From NCBI GenBank assembly GCA_964636815.1, contig CAZWTF010000006.1, positions 8,461 through 72,460 on the forward strand: 64,000 nt of DNA. The letters are read 5' to 3'. The notes beneath the pieces are model-generated. The model was not told the origin of the DNA. It made no database searches and worked only from the letters and a program-made list of their open reading frames with translations. How positions within the stretch are numbered: the first letter of the stretch is position 1; every line of letters begins with the position of its first letter. The position numbers were made by a program, and so were the translations under genes. Positions 36,675 to 46,532 of the stretch are shown piece by piece. The DNA is from an uncultured Pseudomonadota bacterium (GTDB lineage Bacteria > Babelota > Babeliae > Babelales > Vermiphilaceae).

Positions 36675-37307
36675 TTATTTAAGTTTAATTTCAATTCTTT
36701 CAATTGATTTGCCAGGGCGATCGCGTTTGAGAGTTACATAACCAACTTCTGTAGTTGAGTTAACATGTGTTCCTCCGCAAGGCACTTGCGCAAACCCTTC
36801 AATTTTCCAATAACGGCGTTGATTGATGATGTCAGAATATCCACGTTCAATTGGGTAATTGCGATCAATGATGGCATTATATTCTTGTAATATTTTAGGC
36901 AACAGTGTTGAAATGTTGGCGTCTGATTTAAAATCAATGCGTGCTTTATGTTCAGCAATGTGCGCACCAACTTTTTCAAGATGATAGTTCTGAGTAACAA
37001 TTTCTAAAATCAGTTCTGCTGCAAAATGTAAGCGCATAAGTCTATGCCGCCGAGACCAATCAATTGTCATGGTAACGGCGATTCCTGCTTGGAGGCAATG
37101 ATTATCAGGAAGCGTGTAGAAAATAAGAGAGCCAACCGTTTTTGAGCCTAGAATTGGCATATCATTAATCCATGCTGTATCACTTTCTTGTCCGCCAGCA
37201 AAAGAGTAGGCGATTGTTGCATCAAATAGCACGGTATTGCCATCAACAGAAGTTACGGTAGTGTGCAGGGTTGTTTGGTAGGGGTTTTCCCAGAAGACTT
37301 TTCTCAT
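36675..37307 (-). CDS. AlaX-type tRNA editing protein (Thr/Ala-tRNA synthetase second additional domain)
   Basis: His-rich metal site around RRHRLMRLHFAAELI and the CGGTHV motif (VPCGGTHVNSTTEVG). Start taken at MRKVFWENPYQ. Confidence 0.65.
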   Translation of the reverse strand: MRKVFWENPYQTTLHTTVTSVDGNTVLFDATIAYSFAGGQESDTAWINDMPILGSKTVGSLIFYTLPDNHCLQAGIAVTMTIDWSRRHRLMRLHFAAELILEIVTQNYHLEKVGAHIAEHKARIDFKSDANISTLLPKILQEYNAIIDRNYPIERGYSDIINQRRYWKIEGFAQVPCGGTHVNSTTEVGYVTLKRDRPGKSIERIEIKLK

Positions 37308-37378
37308 AACTATTCTCGGTATAATAAAAAAAGGCACCAATTTCTTGGTACCTTTTTAAATTTTTTTAAAACAAGCTC

Positions 37379-37651
37379 TTACGCAGTTTTTGAAGCAGCT
37401 GCAACTTTTTGAGCTAACTTGCTGATTTTGCGAGCAGCGGTATTGCGGTGTAATAAACCTTTACCTTTTGCGCGAGCAATTTTGCTTTCAGCTTCAACTA
37501 GCAATGTTTTTGATGCTGCAATGTTACCAGCTTCAATAGCCGCAACAACTTTTTTCATAGCAGTTTTGAGAGAAGATTTTCTTGCTTGGTTGCGTGCTTG
37601 ACGTTTTACCGTTTGTAAAACGCGTTTTTTTGCAGATTTAATATTTGCCAT
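37379..37651 (-). CDS. rpsT: 30S ribosomal protein S20
   Basis: MANIKSAKKRVLQTVKRQARNQ... is a basic helical 90 aa protein. Confidence 0.9.
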   Translation of the reverse strand: MANIKSAKKRVLQTVKRQARNQARKSSLKTAMKKVVAAIEAGNIAASKTLLVEAESKIARAKGKGLLHRNTAARKISKLAQKVAAASKTA

Positions 37652-37676
37652 AGTACATTTGACCTTGACTTAAATT

Positions 37677-37880
37677 TTAGAGAACTTTTTTAACTTTGCC
37701 TGATTTGAGGCATTTTGTACATACTTTTGAACGATGAACGTGATTTTTTGCATCACCAGTTACGGTATAGCGCATTGTATGCACGTTTGGATAGACCCAA
37801 CGTTTTACTTTGTTGTTAGCGTTACTGACCAAATTTGCTACTTGTGGGCCCTTTGAGCACACTGCACAGATTCTTGACAT
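37677..37880 (-). CDS. rpmB: 50S ribosomal protein L28
   Basis: [33 protein letters not shown] parallels the L28 N-terminus MSRVCQVTGKRP..GNN.SHA.N.TKR.F.PN. Confidence 0.85.
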   Translation of the reverse strand: MSRICAVCSKGPQVANLVSNANNKVKRWVYPNVHTMRYTVTGDAKNHVHRSKVCTKCLKSGKVKKVL

Positions 37881-37952
37881 GATGAATACCTTCTTTAAAG
37901 CCTATTTATTTACTTTTTAACATATCAAAAAGAGAAAAAATTACAAGTATTA

Positions 37953-38073
37953 CCCCAATTTCTACTATGTTTTAACATTGTCCCAATTTTCACTTCGTTC
38001 TAATTGGGGTCCCCATTGCTCCTTCGACAAGCTCAGGATGAGCGGTCTGAAAGTGGGGTTAGAAAATATTGGG
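37953..38073 (+). repeat. Composite nested element: family 1 palindromic repeat carrying a family 2 repeat inside its second hairpin
   Basis: CCCAATTTTCACTTCGTTCTAATTGGGGTCCCCAT (family 1), then TGCTCCTTCGACAAGCTCAGGATGAGCGG (family 2, reverse orientation), then TCTGAAAGTGGGG closing the hairpin. The outer ends CCCCAATTTCTA / TAGAAAATATTGGG are inverted. The element abuts the ftsH stop. Confidence 0.7.
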
Positions 38074-39906
38074 TTAAATTAACTTGTGTGCCTGTCTTGG
38101 TTCAATGCCTAATAAAGCATAGATTTCATCGGCATGCATAGTCTCTTTTTCTATCAACGCATTGGCTAAAGCATCAAGCTTATCACGGTTGTTTTCAAGC
38201 AATGTACGTGTTTGCTCGTGATAAAGCTTTGTTAAGCGTTGTACCTCTGCATCGATCTTTTCAGCGGTTTTTTGTGAATATTCAAAATCTCCATGTTGCT
38301 GACTATAAATGATAGTGCCTAATTCCGAAGACATACCATAATGACAGACCATGTTGCGCGTTAAGCGGTTTGCTGTTTGGAAATCGCTATATGCGCCAGT
38401 TGTGAGCTTATTGAATGTTATTTCTTCTGCCACGCGGCCACCAAGTGCCGACATCACTGATGCTTCCATTTCTTCCTTGCTCGTGATGTATTTTTCACGT
38501 TCAGGCAAGAAGTGTGTTACACCAAGCGCTGATCCACGAGGGATAATGGTTACTTTGTGGAGAGGGTCAGATGTTTCTGGTAATAAGAGGCGGACGAGCG
38601 CATGACCAGCTTCATGATACGCGATGAGCTTCTTATCTTCATCGGTGAGCATGATGCTTTTGCTTTCTTTACCAAGCATTACTTTGTCTCTTGCGGCATC
38701 AAAATCATGGATAGTTACGGTATCTTTATTTTCTTTTGACGCGATAATTGTAGCCTCGTTAACCAAGTTGGCAAGATCTGCACCAGAGAACCCTGGAGTT
38801 CCTTGAGCTATTTTTTTGATATCAAGATCATCTTCAGCCATTACATTTTTAACGTGTACGCCTAAAATAGCTTCGCGGCTTTTTAAATCAGGATAAGGAA
38901 CAGTGACACGACGATCAAAGCGTCCTGGACGTAAGAGCGCTTTATCCAAAACGTCAACTCTATTTGTTGCTGCAATAACAATGACAGGAGTTGGAGACGT
39001 TTCAAAACCATCCATCTCAGCAAGGAGTTGGTTGAGTGTTTGTTCACGTTCATCATTACCACCACCCATGCCACTGCCACGGTGACGGCCAACAGCATCG
39101 ATTTCATCAATAAAAATGATACTTGGAGCATGTTTGCGTGCTTGTGCAAAAAGATCACGAACACGAGCAGCACCAACACCAACAAATACTTCAATAAAGT
39201 TTGAACCACTGATGCTAAAGAATGGGCAGTTAGCTTCACCAGCAACGGCGCGTGCTAATAATGTTTTACCGTTTCCTGGTTCACCAATAAGTAATACCCC
39301 GCGAGTAATTTTTGCACCAAGACGTTGGTATTTTTGAGGGTTTTTAAGAAAATCGATAACATCTGCAAGTTCTTCTTTTGCTTCATCTGCACCAGCCACT
39401 GAGTTAAAGCTTTCTTTGATGCTTGATGGTAAGAACATACGAGCTCCACTTTTGCCCATAGTAAAAATGTTGCCTCCACCGCCATTGGCACCAGCGCTGC
39501 GAGAGCGAATAAAATACCAAATAGCCCAGATGGCAACAAATAAACAAGAAAAAAGGAATAAATACCAGATGCCAAGTTGATTGGTTGGTGAGATTACTGA
39601 GAATTCTACACCATGTCTACGTAAACGATCCCAATCATTCGCGTTGTTGCCCATAACTGTTTCAAAACGATTGCCGTCGGTAAAGATACCTTCAACGTCT
39701 TGTCCTGAAATATATACTTTTTTAACAAGGTCTTGGTCTATTTTTTCCAAGAATGTTGAATATGAGATAGTTTGAACATTTCTACCCAGTTCAGTTAGTT
39801 TGTGAAGTACTAAAAGTACTCCTGCAAGAATAATAAAGGTAACAATGGCATTTTTTATGTTTTTAGGACTTGGAGACCAGAAATTACTGTTTTTAGGTTT
39901 TTTCAT
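38074..39906 (-). CDS. ftsH: ATP-dependent zinc metalloprotease FtsH
   Basis: Two N-terminal TM helices, Walker A GEPGNGKT, Walker B IIFIDEID, and zinc site HEAGHA. Confidence 0.95.
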   Translation of the reverse strand: MKKPKNSNFWSPSPKNIKNAIVTFIILAGVLLVLHKLTELGRNVQTISYSTFLEKIDQDLVKKVYISGQDVEGIFTDGNRFETVMGNNANDWDRLRRHGVEFSVISPTNQLGIWYLFLFSCLFVAIWAIWYFIRSRSAGANGGGGNIFTMGKSGARMFLPSSIKESFNSVAGADEAKEELADVIDFLKNPQKYQRLGAKITRGVLLIGEPGNGKTLLARAVAGEANCPFFSISGSNFIEVFVGVGAARVRDLFAQARKHAPSIIFIDEIDAVGRHRGSGMGGGNDEREQTLNQLLAEMDGFETSPTPVIVIAATNRVDVLDKALLRPGRFDRRVTVPYPDLKSREAILGVHVKNVMAEDDLDIKKIAQGTPGFSGADLANLVNEATIIASKENKDTVTIHDFDAARDKVMLGKESKSIMLTDEDKKLIAYHEAGHALVRLLLPETSDPLHKVTIIPRGSALGVTHFLPEREKYITSKEEMEASVMSALGGRVAEEITFNKLTTGAYSDFQTANRLTRNMVCHYGMSSELGTIIYSQQHGDFEYSQKTAEKIDAEVQRLTKLYHEQTRTLLENNRDKLDALANALIEKETMHADEIYALLGIEPRQAHKLI

Positions 39907-39995
39907 ACAAATTCATCTACTTTTTGAGGTTTATGCTTAAAAATACTTGTTCTACTGTAGCATAGTTTATGATTTTTGTCGATTGCTTAAATTAC

Positions 39996-41276
39996 CTAAC
40001 TCACTATCGGAAACGTTTGATATGTTGGCCCCCAATGAGGGTAGCTGCATGTATCATGCGCATGAGTTATATATTTTGTTTTATTAGTCAGCAGATTTAG
40101 AGTGCAGAGCTGGCTTTGTTTGCCTGGAACTTCATGCGCAAACAGTAGCTGTGTTCCGCACGGTGACCAACTTGCTTCGTGTTTGCTACCAGGTGTTGTT
40201 GTCAGTTGAGTGTGTGTTTTAGCGGTGCAATCATATACCATCAGCTGCATCGTGCCACTTATCATTTTGTGGTAAGAAATCTTATGAGTTTTTGGACAAT
40301 AGCTGGGAGTTGTGCAATAGCCACCATGAGTGATGCGTTGAAGATGCCCTGTTTGCAGATTGCCGATATAAATTTGCGGATTACCTTTTTGAAAATCGGA
40401 ACAGAAGCAAAGATGGTGTTCATCGATAAAAATAGGGGAAGTATTATTCCCACTGTTTTGGGTGCATCTTTTTAAATTGTCATTCTCAACAAGGTAAATC
40501 TGGCAACTGCCACTGCCGCGTGAAGAGCAGTAAGAGAATGATTTTCCGTTAGGGGAGTATGAAGCAAGCATATTAATGCCATCAAAGTTAGCAACAGGTT
40601 TTCTTTTTTTATTCATGGTAACCGACATCAATTCAACATTGGTATTGGCATATTCTGAATATAAAATACGTGGTTCTGTGTTGTGCCAACGTGGTGCAAT
40701 GGCAATGGTAGGAAGATCAACAAGGAGTTCTTCATTGCTGCCATCAAAATCTGCCACATAAATTTTGCGTATTGTTTGGCCTTTACTGTTTTTTGAATCT
40801 TTGCAATAGGCTATGCGTGAACTGAAAAACCCCTCGTTGCCGGTTAGTTTTTGGAATGTTTCATCTGCAATTGCATGTGCCCATTCACGTGTAAGAGCAC
40901 TTTTTTTACTGTGTTTTTTTCCACAGATCATAGTGCATTGCATGGTGTCATACAATCGCCATGTGATACTATTTTTTGATTCGCTGCTAATGCACAAGGC
41001 AAGCGGTGTTCCTTGGTTGCATAATTGTTGTATGTTTTTTTTGATAACTTTATTTGATACAGTAGCATCGCATTTTTTGATAGTTGGCTTAAATTGATCG
41101 GTAAATTGTAAATCTTTTTTGATGACCGCTGCGATATCATTCAGTTCACTATTTTTTTCATCAAGAATTATGATCGCAATCGGCATTTGTGTTTGTTGTG
41201 CGCCAGAAATGGTTAACGCAATATCATTTGCGCGTGTGCATAATGTGGTGAATATAAGGAGGAATAATTTTTTCAT
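39996..41276 (-). CDS. tolB: Tol-Pal system beta-propeller protein TolB
   Basis: Signal peptide from MKKLFLLIF. Repeated propeller blades with SP(N/C)G motifs (YSPNGKSFSY, WSPCGTQLLF). Sits downstream of tolQRA. Confidence 0.75.
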   Translation of the reverse strand: MKKLFLLIFTTLCTRANDIALTISGAQQTQMPIAIIILDEKNSELNDIAAVIKKDLQFTDQFKPTIKKCDATVSNKVIKKNIQQLCNQGTPLALCISSESKNSITWRLYDTMQCTMICGKKHSKKSALTREWAHAIADETFQKLTGNEGFFSSRIAYCKDSKNSKGQTIRKIYVADFDGSNEELLVDLPTIAIAPRWHNTEPRILYSEYANTNVELMSVTMNKKRKPVANFDGINMLASYSPNGKSFSYCSSRGSGSCQIYLVENDNLKRCTQNSGNNTSPIFIDEHHLCFCSDFQKGNPQIYIGNLQTGHLQRITHGGYCTTPSYCPKTHKISYHKMISGTMQLMVYDCTAKTHTQLTTTPGSKHEASWSPCGTQLLFAHEVPGKQSQLCTLNLLTNKTKYITHAHDTCSYPHWGPTYQTFPIVS

Positions 41277-41289
41277 CAAGGTCCTATCT

Positions 41290-42144
41290 TTACTGTCTAA
41301 ATTCAATTGTGAATGGTTTGCCATATGTCCATTGTGGCATTTTTATTGCAAAAAGAGCTTGGCGTACAGAGATGTCAAACATCATGACGCCTGAGCCTTT
41401 TATCATTTTTATGTTGTCTATTTTTCCGCTTTGAGTAACAAAAAAGGATATTTCACACATACAATCTGGTGACACTCCAATGGGAGGGGTCCATTTTTGC
41501 ACAATCTCTTTTTGCAGTTGTGCTTGTTTGCGCAACGCTTCCACTTCACGATAATTATGAGAGACGTGTGCGTTGTCAGGGATTACTGGGACAACTGTTT
41601 GTTGAGTATCAAGAGCTGTTGCAACGGGTGTTGGTTTTACTGGCTCAGCTTTTACAGTTTCTTTTTTCACAACTTCTTGTTTGATTGATTCAGGCTTTTT
41701 CGCAACTTCTTTTTTTACTTCTTCTGTTTTTTTGACAACAGGAGGGGTTTCTTTTTTGGTTTCTTCTTTTTTGATGGGCGTTGCAGCGATGGTTGTAGGT
41801 TTTGGAGAGGGTGCTGGTTTGTTGATTGTTGTGTGCGCTATTGGATTAACAGGAGCTTTTTTTTGAGTTGGTTGAGTAGGGGTAGATTTGTGTATTGCAA
41901 CTGGTTTTGATGCAGGCTTGTCCTTTGTAGCTTTAGCGGAGTAGGAAGTACCAAGAGCTACAAACATAATTGGCGAAGCGTAATCCAATTTTTTATTAAT
42001 AGACAATGATAACATATAACTGTTGTCACGGTATACGCAAAATATCCAAAATAAAAAAATAAGATGTATAAAAAGACAAATGCCAAATAGCTTAGCCCAA
42101 AGAAGGTGTCTTTTGTGAATGTTTTTGAGTTGCAAGAGCGACAT
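41290..42144 (-). CDS. TolA/TonB-like energy-transducing protein
   Basis: N-terminal anchor, long Pro/Lys/Glu/Thr-rich spacer, and a C-terminal TonB-C-like domain. Its position between tolR and tolB suggests TolA. The annotated start overlaps tolR by 53 nt, so the start is uncertain. Confidence 0.55.
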   Translation of the reverse strand: MSLLQLKNIHKRHLLWAKLFGICLFIHLIFLFWIFCVYRDNSYMLSLSINKKLDYASPIMFVALGTSYSAKATKDKPASKPVAIHKSTPTQPTQKKAPVNPIAHTTINKPAPSPKPTTIAATPIKKEETKKETPPVVKKTEEVKKEVAKKPESIKQEVVKKETVKAEPVKPTPVATALDTQQTVVPVIPDNAHVSHNYREVEALRKQAQLQKEIVQKWTPPIGVSPDCMCEISFFVTQSGKIDNIKMIKGSGVMMFDISVRQALFAIKMPQWTYGKPFTIEFRQ

Positions 42145-42538
42145 ATTTTATACCACCAACACATTTAATATCATCAACTAATTCTATTACTGTTCCATAT
42201 GAAATTGCTGTATCAGCTTTGACGTAAACGGTTTTTTCATGATCATTGCCAACAGCTTTTTTGATGTGAGGAATAAGATCTTTTTTGGCAATTTTGTCTT
42301 TATTGATATAAAAATCGCCTTGTTTATCAATGAATACAATCAGTTCGCTTTGTTGGTTGTTTGCATCTTCTTGTGCATTGCCACGGGGCAAATTAACTTT
42401 GATTGCATTTTGTAAAACGGGCGAGGCAACCATAAAAATAATTAAGAGTGTGAGAGCTGTATCTATGAGTGGCGTCATAGAAATGTCATGAAGATTTTTA
42501 CGTTGTCTGCGTGATCGTCTGTTTGTGCGTGTACGCAT
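42092..42538 (-). CDS. tolR: Biopolymer transport protein TolR/ExbD
   Basis: Single TM with conserved Asp (TPLIDTALTLLIIFM) and a periplasmic ExbD fold (VYVKADTAISYGTVIELVD). Confidence 0.75.
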   Translation of the reverse strand: MRTRTNRRSRRQRKNLHDISMTPLIDTALTLLIIFMVASPVLQNAIKVNLPRGNAQEDANNQQSELIVFIDKQGDFYINKDKIAKKDLIPHIKKAVGNDHEKTVYVKADTAISYGTVIELVDDIKCVGGIKYVALATQKHSQKTPSLG

Positions 42539-42543
42539 AATTA

Positions 42544-43221
42544 TTACCTTTCACGAACTTGTTGAAAAATAAAGGTGATGCGATCAGCAAGCATGATAAG
42601 TTGTTGTTCTAATGCACGTGTTCTTGTGTGTAAATAGTTGAACATAATAAGCGCTGGGATTGCAACAAGTAAACCTGCAAGGGTTGTAATAAGCGCTTCT
42701 GCAATACCAGGCGCGATAGTCGCAATGTCAGCAATTTGTGTTTCACTGATGCGGATAAATGCGTGAATGAGGCCCCAAACGGTTCCAAAAAGACCAAGTA
42801 ATGGTCCTACAGCAGCGCTTGATGACAATATGTTTACATATTCTTCATTATGAGAAAGCATTGCTTCAATATTGTTATCAATGTTTCTTTCCAGCGATTC
42901 CCATTCATAGGGATTTATTTTTTGATTAACATTACTTACCATATCTTTTAAAAAGGTAAGATTTTTGGAAATAAAATAGCTTGGGGCAGTGTTGCGTGTA
43001 TGAGTTGCTATAGCGACAAGATCGGCAATGGTTTTTGCGGTTTGAGCTTTTTTATTGATGTTTTTAAATTGTTGTTCTTTGATGCGCAGTAACGCGAGTT
43101 TTCCAAGAAAAACTGCCCAACATGCAATAGACATGCCAAGTAATATAAAAAGTACAATTTTACTGACAGTATCAGATTGAGCTATCAGTTGCCAGAGAGA
43201 GTTGCCTGAGAAAATATTCAT
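42544..43221 (-). CDS. tolQ: Proton-channel protein TolQ/ExbB (MotA/TolQ/ExbB family)
   Basis: Three TM helices. C-terminal channel signature GLFGTVWGLIHAF...IAPGIAEALITTLAGLLVAIPA. Confidence 0.8.
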   Translation of the reverse strand: MNIFSGNSLWQLIAQSDTVSKIVLFILLGMSIACWAVFLGKLALLRIKEQQFKNINKKAQTAKTIADLVAIATHTRNTAPSYFISKNLTFLKDMVSNVNQKINPYEWESLERNIDNNIEAMLSHNEEYVNILSSSAAVGPLLGLFGTVWGLIHAFIRISETQIADIATIAPGIAEALITTLAGLLVAIPALIMFNYLHTRTRALEQQLIMLADRITFIFQQVRER

Positions 43222-43328
43222 ACAAGATCCTTAAGCTTCATTACGGTGGATTATTATGTCCTAAAAGGTGATTCGAGCTTAACAGAACTTGGTGAATTTT
43301 GAAAATAAAATTGTAGAGTTTTTACATT

Positions 43329-44549
43329 CTATAGCAGGTCACTTGTATTAATCTTAATGATTAGTGGTGTTTTGTCAGAAGATGACAAAGAAATTGCTGA
43401 TATTCCCACGGAATTTTCATTAGTTTTTCTGAGCCATGCGTTAACTGATGTCGGATTGTTAGTTAATGTTGTTAAACAAAGAGCCATATAATCTTGAATG
43501 CTGTGTGTTTCCTTGCTTGTTTCATCGTCTATATCCACAGTGGTTACAACATCTGCATGAGAACATTTGTTTTTATTTATAAAATTGCAATAATTACTTG
43601 CTTGGTTGTGTACATAGAGAGAGATGGTTGCTTGGGAGAACTGTTTGTTGAGCCATGACAAGAATTGTTTGTATTTTGCTTGCGTGCTGAGACATAGGTC
43701 TAACAATTGTAGTTTTAGAGCTTCTTGTGTAAAGTTTTGAATTGCTGGATCATGTTTTTCTTTATCACGCGCATACTGTTCGTATTCTGCCAGTTGGGAA
43801 CCAAAGGTAAAATTTTGTTCCACTTTTATTTCGTGAGTATGGTTTAGAAAGTCTACAGCGCTTGTGTAAGGAGTGTTGACACCATCTATCAAATGAATGG
43901 TCAATAGGGCTTTTGGTTGTTGTATGAGCGCTTTGGTTATAATAATAAGATCTTGAAACGCTCCCCCACAGCCAAAGCTTGTATATGTTACAGGCTGATT
44001 TGGTGATTTTTGTAGTTTCTCTATTAATAAATTGCTTGCGTGCTTTTCAAAACAATTTCTGTAGTGAGGTTTATAAGTTCTGCTTAATAAACAGTTATCG
44101 TTAGTTTCTGTGTTGCCAATTTCTTTGGTGCATTCGTTTAATAGAAATAAAGGAAAAATGTGTTCATATTTTTCGGTCAGTGAGGTGTATATTTTTGTAA
44201 GAGCTATGGATGGAATATTTTGAAGTTTCTGTTCGAGTTTTTCCGATTGATTTAGCAATACATCTTGTTGCTTTATGAGTGATTTTAAATTAAGAGTCTG
44301 AGCCATTTGTTTAATTTTTTTGTGTTTCTCAGTAATCGATGTATGAATCGATTTGCATTCTTTTTCAAAGTCAGTGTTCTGAAATTCTTTTATAAAATCA
44401 TTTTCTACCATTATCGCTTGATCAAGATAATAAAGAGGGTTTCCAACGAGACTACGAGGAGTGCATTCTGTTTCCATACAGATTACATGTGTGTTGAAAA
44501 TTGTTACAAGAATAACAGGTAAAATGAGATTTATTATTTTTGATTTCAT
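43329..44549 (-). CDS. Hypothetical secreted protein; possible Rossmann/SAM-methyltransferase-like core
   Basis: Signal peptide. SFGCGGAFQDLIIITKAL....LTIHLID resembles motif I (GxGxG) followed by an acidic beta2 end. This is weak. Confidence 0.35.
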   Translation of the reverse strand: MKSKIINLILPVILVTIFNTHVICMETECTPRSLVGNPLYYLDQAIMVENDFIKEFQNTDFEKECKSIHTSITEKHKKIKQMAQTLNLKSLIKQQDVLLNQSEKLEQKLQNIPSIALTKIYTSLTEKYEHIFPLFLLNECTKEIGNTETNDNCLLSRTYKPHYRNCFEKHASNLLIEKLQKSPNQPVTYTSFGCGGAFQDLIIITKALIQQPKALLTIHLIDGVNTPYTSAVDFLNHTHEIKVEQNFTFGSQLAEYEQYARDKEKHDPAIQNFTQEALKLQLLDLCLSTQAKYKQFLSWLNKQFSQATISLYVHNQASNYCNFINKNKCSHADVVTTVDIDDETSKETHSIQDYMALCLTTLTNNPTSVNAWLRKTNENSVGISAISLSSSDKTPLIIKINTSDLL

Positions 44550-44745
44550 AATGTTTTTCTTTATAGTTTATTGTTTTTATAATCATTATAGATTTGTATA
44601 TTAAAGTAATCAATTAAAAAAATATTCATATATATGTTTATAGTAAACTGTTTTTTTGTGATTAATGATGCAGTTTAATAGCATTGCAATGTATTGCTAT
44701 TGTCTCAGAAATTATTTTACGGTGATGTAAAAAAAGGAAAAGATA

Positions 44746-45111
44746 ATGTACGTAAATCCAAAAGAGTTTTTTAATGCAAACATTTTTGATATTGCAATAG
44801 AAAATGCATTTTATAGAAAAGAGATTGTAACAGGTTCGCACAGTCAAGTTGTTATTATGAGTATTCCGATAGGGGAAGAAATTGGCGCAGAAGCGCATAC
44901 GGTTGATCAAATTTTTATTTTTGTACAAGGTCGTGGACGAGCAATTATTAATGATGTTGTTTCTGAAGTGAAAGAGCATCATTTGGTTTTTGTTCCAGCT
45001 GGTACAACGCATAATATTAAAAATATGGGATCTGATTATCTTAAATTGATTACGATTTATGCGCCAGCAGAAGATGCAGTTGGGACTTTGGAAAAGATAA
45101 AGGGTGATTAA
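44746..45111 (+). CDS. Cupin-domain protein
   Basis: Cupin motif 2 PAGTTHNIKN (P-x-G-x2-H-x3-N) and motif 1-like GEEIGAEAHTVDQIFIFVQG. The longer antisense ORF 44662..45174 is low-complexity. Confidence 0.65.
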   Translation: MYVNPKEFFNANIFDIAIENAFYRKEIVTGSHSQVVIMSIPIGEEIGAEAHTVDQIFIFVQGRGRAIINDVVSEVKEHHLVFVPAGTTHNIKNMGSDYLKLITIYAPAEDAVGTLEKIKGD

Positions 45112-45197
45112 AAAAGTTATAGCTAGAGCTTTGCGGTAAATGCATTTATAATAACACTGTTTTTTAGCATTCAAATTTTACTTTTTGCGAGAAATTT

Positions 45198-46424
45198 ATG
45201 AACAGTCAACATGTGTTATTAATGGTTTTAATTTTTGTAAATACAGCATCTGCTATGAAGCATAAAGGTGAGAATGTATCTTATGAAAACAAAAATGAGC
45301 TTGTATCGTTTAAAACATTAAAAGGTTTTCCTGTAATTAGTTTAGATAATGGTAACAAGTGGGTTAGAAGTTTGACTGCAAAAGAGCAGCAAGAGGTTTA
45401 TCAGCAGTTATATAAAAAAGATGATTTATTTCAGGTTTTGTTTCGTGTGTCCATATTGCCACAAGATATACGGAGGTTGATAGTTGGAAGTATTTTTGAA
45501 GATGATAATGAAACAAAACAAACAATTGTAGATATGTTGTGTAAGATGCCTTTATGTGATGCTTGGAAAGCAATGCCAATATTTCGAGATCCAAAAAAGT
45601 ATGGTGTTGAAAACAATTTTTTTACATTAGATCAGATTTGTGAGTATGCGCATGATATTATAGTGAATCATGAAATTGAAAACCGCAAAAGCAATATCTG
45701 TTTAAAAGAAGAGCTAACAAGCGTGGCAAGACTTATGACGGCATCCAGCGAATACGTTCCACCTTCTGGTCTTAAATGTCAATTCTATTATCAGCCAACT
45801 ATTAATAATTTTAAAAAGCAATGGACTAAAGATCAGTTTTGTTTATGGTTAACTGTTTTAGGAACATACGTGCTTTCAAATTTCCCTGATGAGTATGATT
45901 ATATTCCTAATGAACGTAATATTGAATTAAATAAGCATATAAATGAATTTAATATGCAAGCTACTTCTTTATATAATAAAACAGGATATAAACCTTTTTT
46001 GGGATCTCATATCAAAAACGTGGATAATTATACTTGTGTTATAAATAATTTTGGATATCAAAAATTGTTTGTTATGGGAGTGATGTCGATTCCGTTGTGT
46101 TATTGGCTTATTCGATTTTGTAAACATTTTTCAGGAGATGGTTATATAACTGATAGTGATAAGAAGTCCATACTAAAAATAGGGTCGATGGGATGTTTTG
46201 CTTGGTTGTTTGTGGTTAAGTGGAGGGTAGTGCCTTTTTTATTGTCTTGCATATCATCGCGTTTTTCAGATGGATCTTTAGTAGGGGTTGGATGTATAGG
46301 ATTATTGTATGGGCTGCTGTGCAGTGGTTATAATATATATCAAATGAATCGTCTCCGAACTGGTTTTGTTCGATATAGAGACATTTTTCCATTATTGGAA
46401 CACACTGATATTCAGATTATATAG
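45198..46424 (+). CDS. Hypothetical protein: signal peptide, F-box-like motif, C-terminal multi-TM region
   Basis: VSILPQDIRRLIVGSIFEDD resembles the F-box core. There are 4-5 hydrophobic helices in the last ~200 aa. Confidence 0.4.
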   Translation: MNSQHVLLMVLIFVNTASAMKHKGENVSYENKNELVSFKTLKGFPVISLDNGNKWVRSLTAKEQQEVYQQLYKKDDLFQVLFRVSILPQDIRRLIVGSIFEDDNETKQTIVDMLCKMPLCDAWKAMPIFRDPKKYGVENNFFTLDQICEYAHDIIVNHEIENRKSNICLKEELTSVARLMTASSEYVPPSGLKCQFYYQPTINNFKKQWTKDQFCLWLTVLGTYVLSNFPDEYDYIPNERNIELNKHINEFNMQATSLYNKTGYKPFLGSHIKNVDNYTCVINNFGYQKLFVMGVMSIPLCYWLIRFCKHFSGDGYITDSDKKSILKIGSMGCFAWLFVVKWRVVPFLLSCISSRFSDGSLVGVGCIGLLYGLLCSGYNIYQMNRLRTGFVRYRDIFPLLEHTDIQII

Positions 46425-46532
46425 CGGTTTACTATAAGAGAAGCAAAACTGATTGGTCAGGTACGACAAATTGAAAATTTTCCTGAAAATGGTACTCTAT
46501 AAGGTATAAAGATTGACTAATTCAGGAAAATA

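Noticed and set aside
38351-39775. Multiple 60-120 aa ORFs antisense to or out of frame with ftsH (similar cases lie inside der, flotillin, tolB, frr and lepA)
   Set aside because: They are nested within strongly supported conserved genes. They lack start signals and recognisable motifs.
44662-45174. 170-aa minus-strand ORF, longer than the cupin ORF on the opposite strand
   Set aside because: Its translation is Asn/Ile/Phe/Cys-rich low complexity without motifs. The plus-strand ORF carries a clean cupin motif (PxGxxHxxxN).
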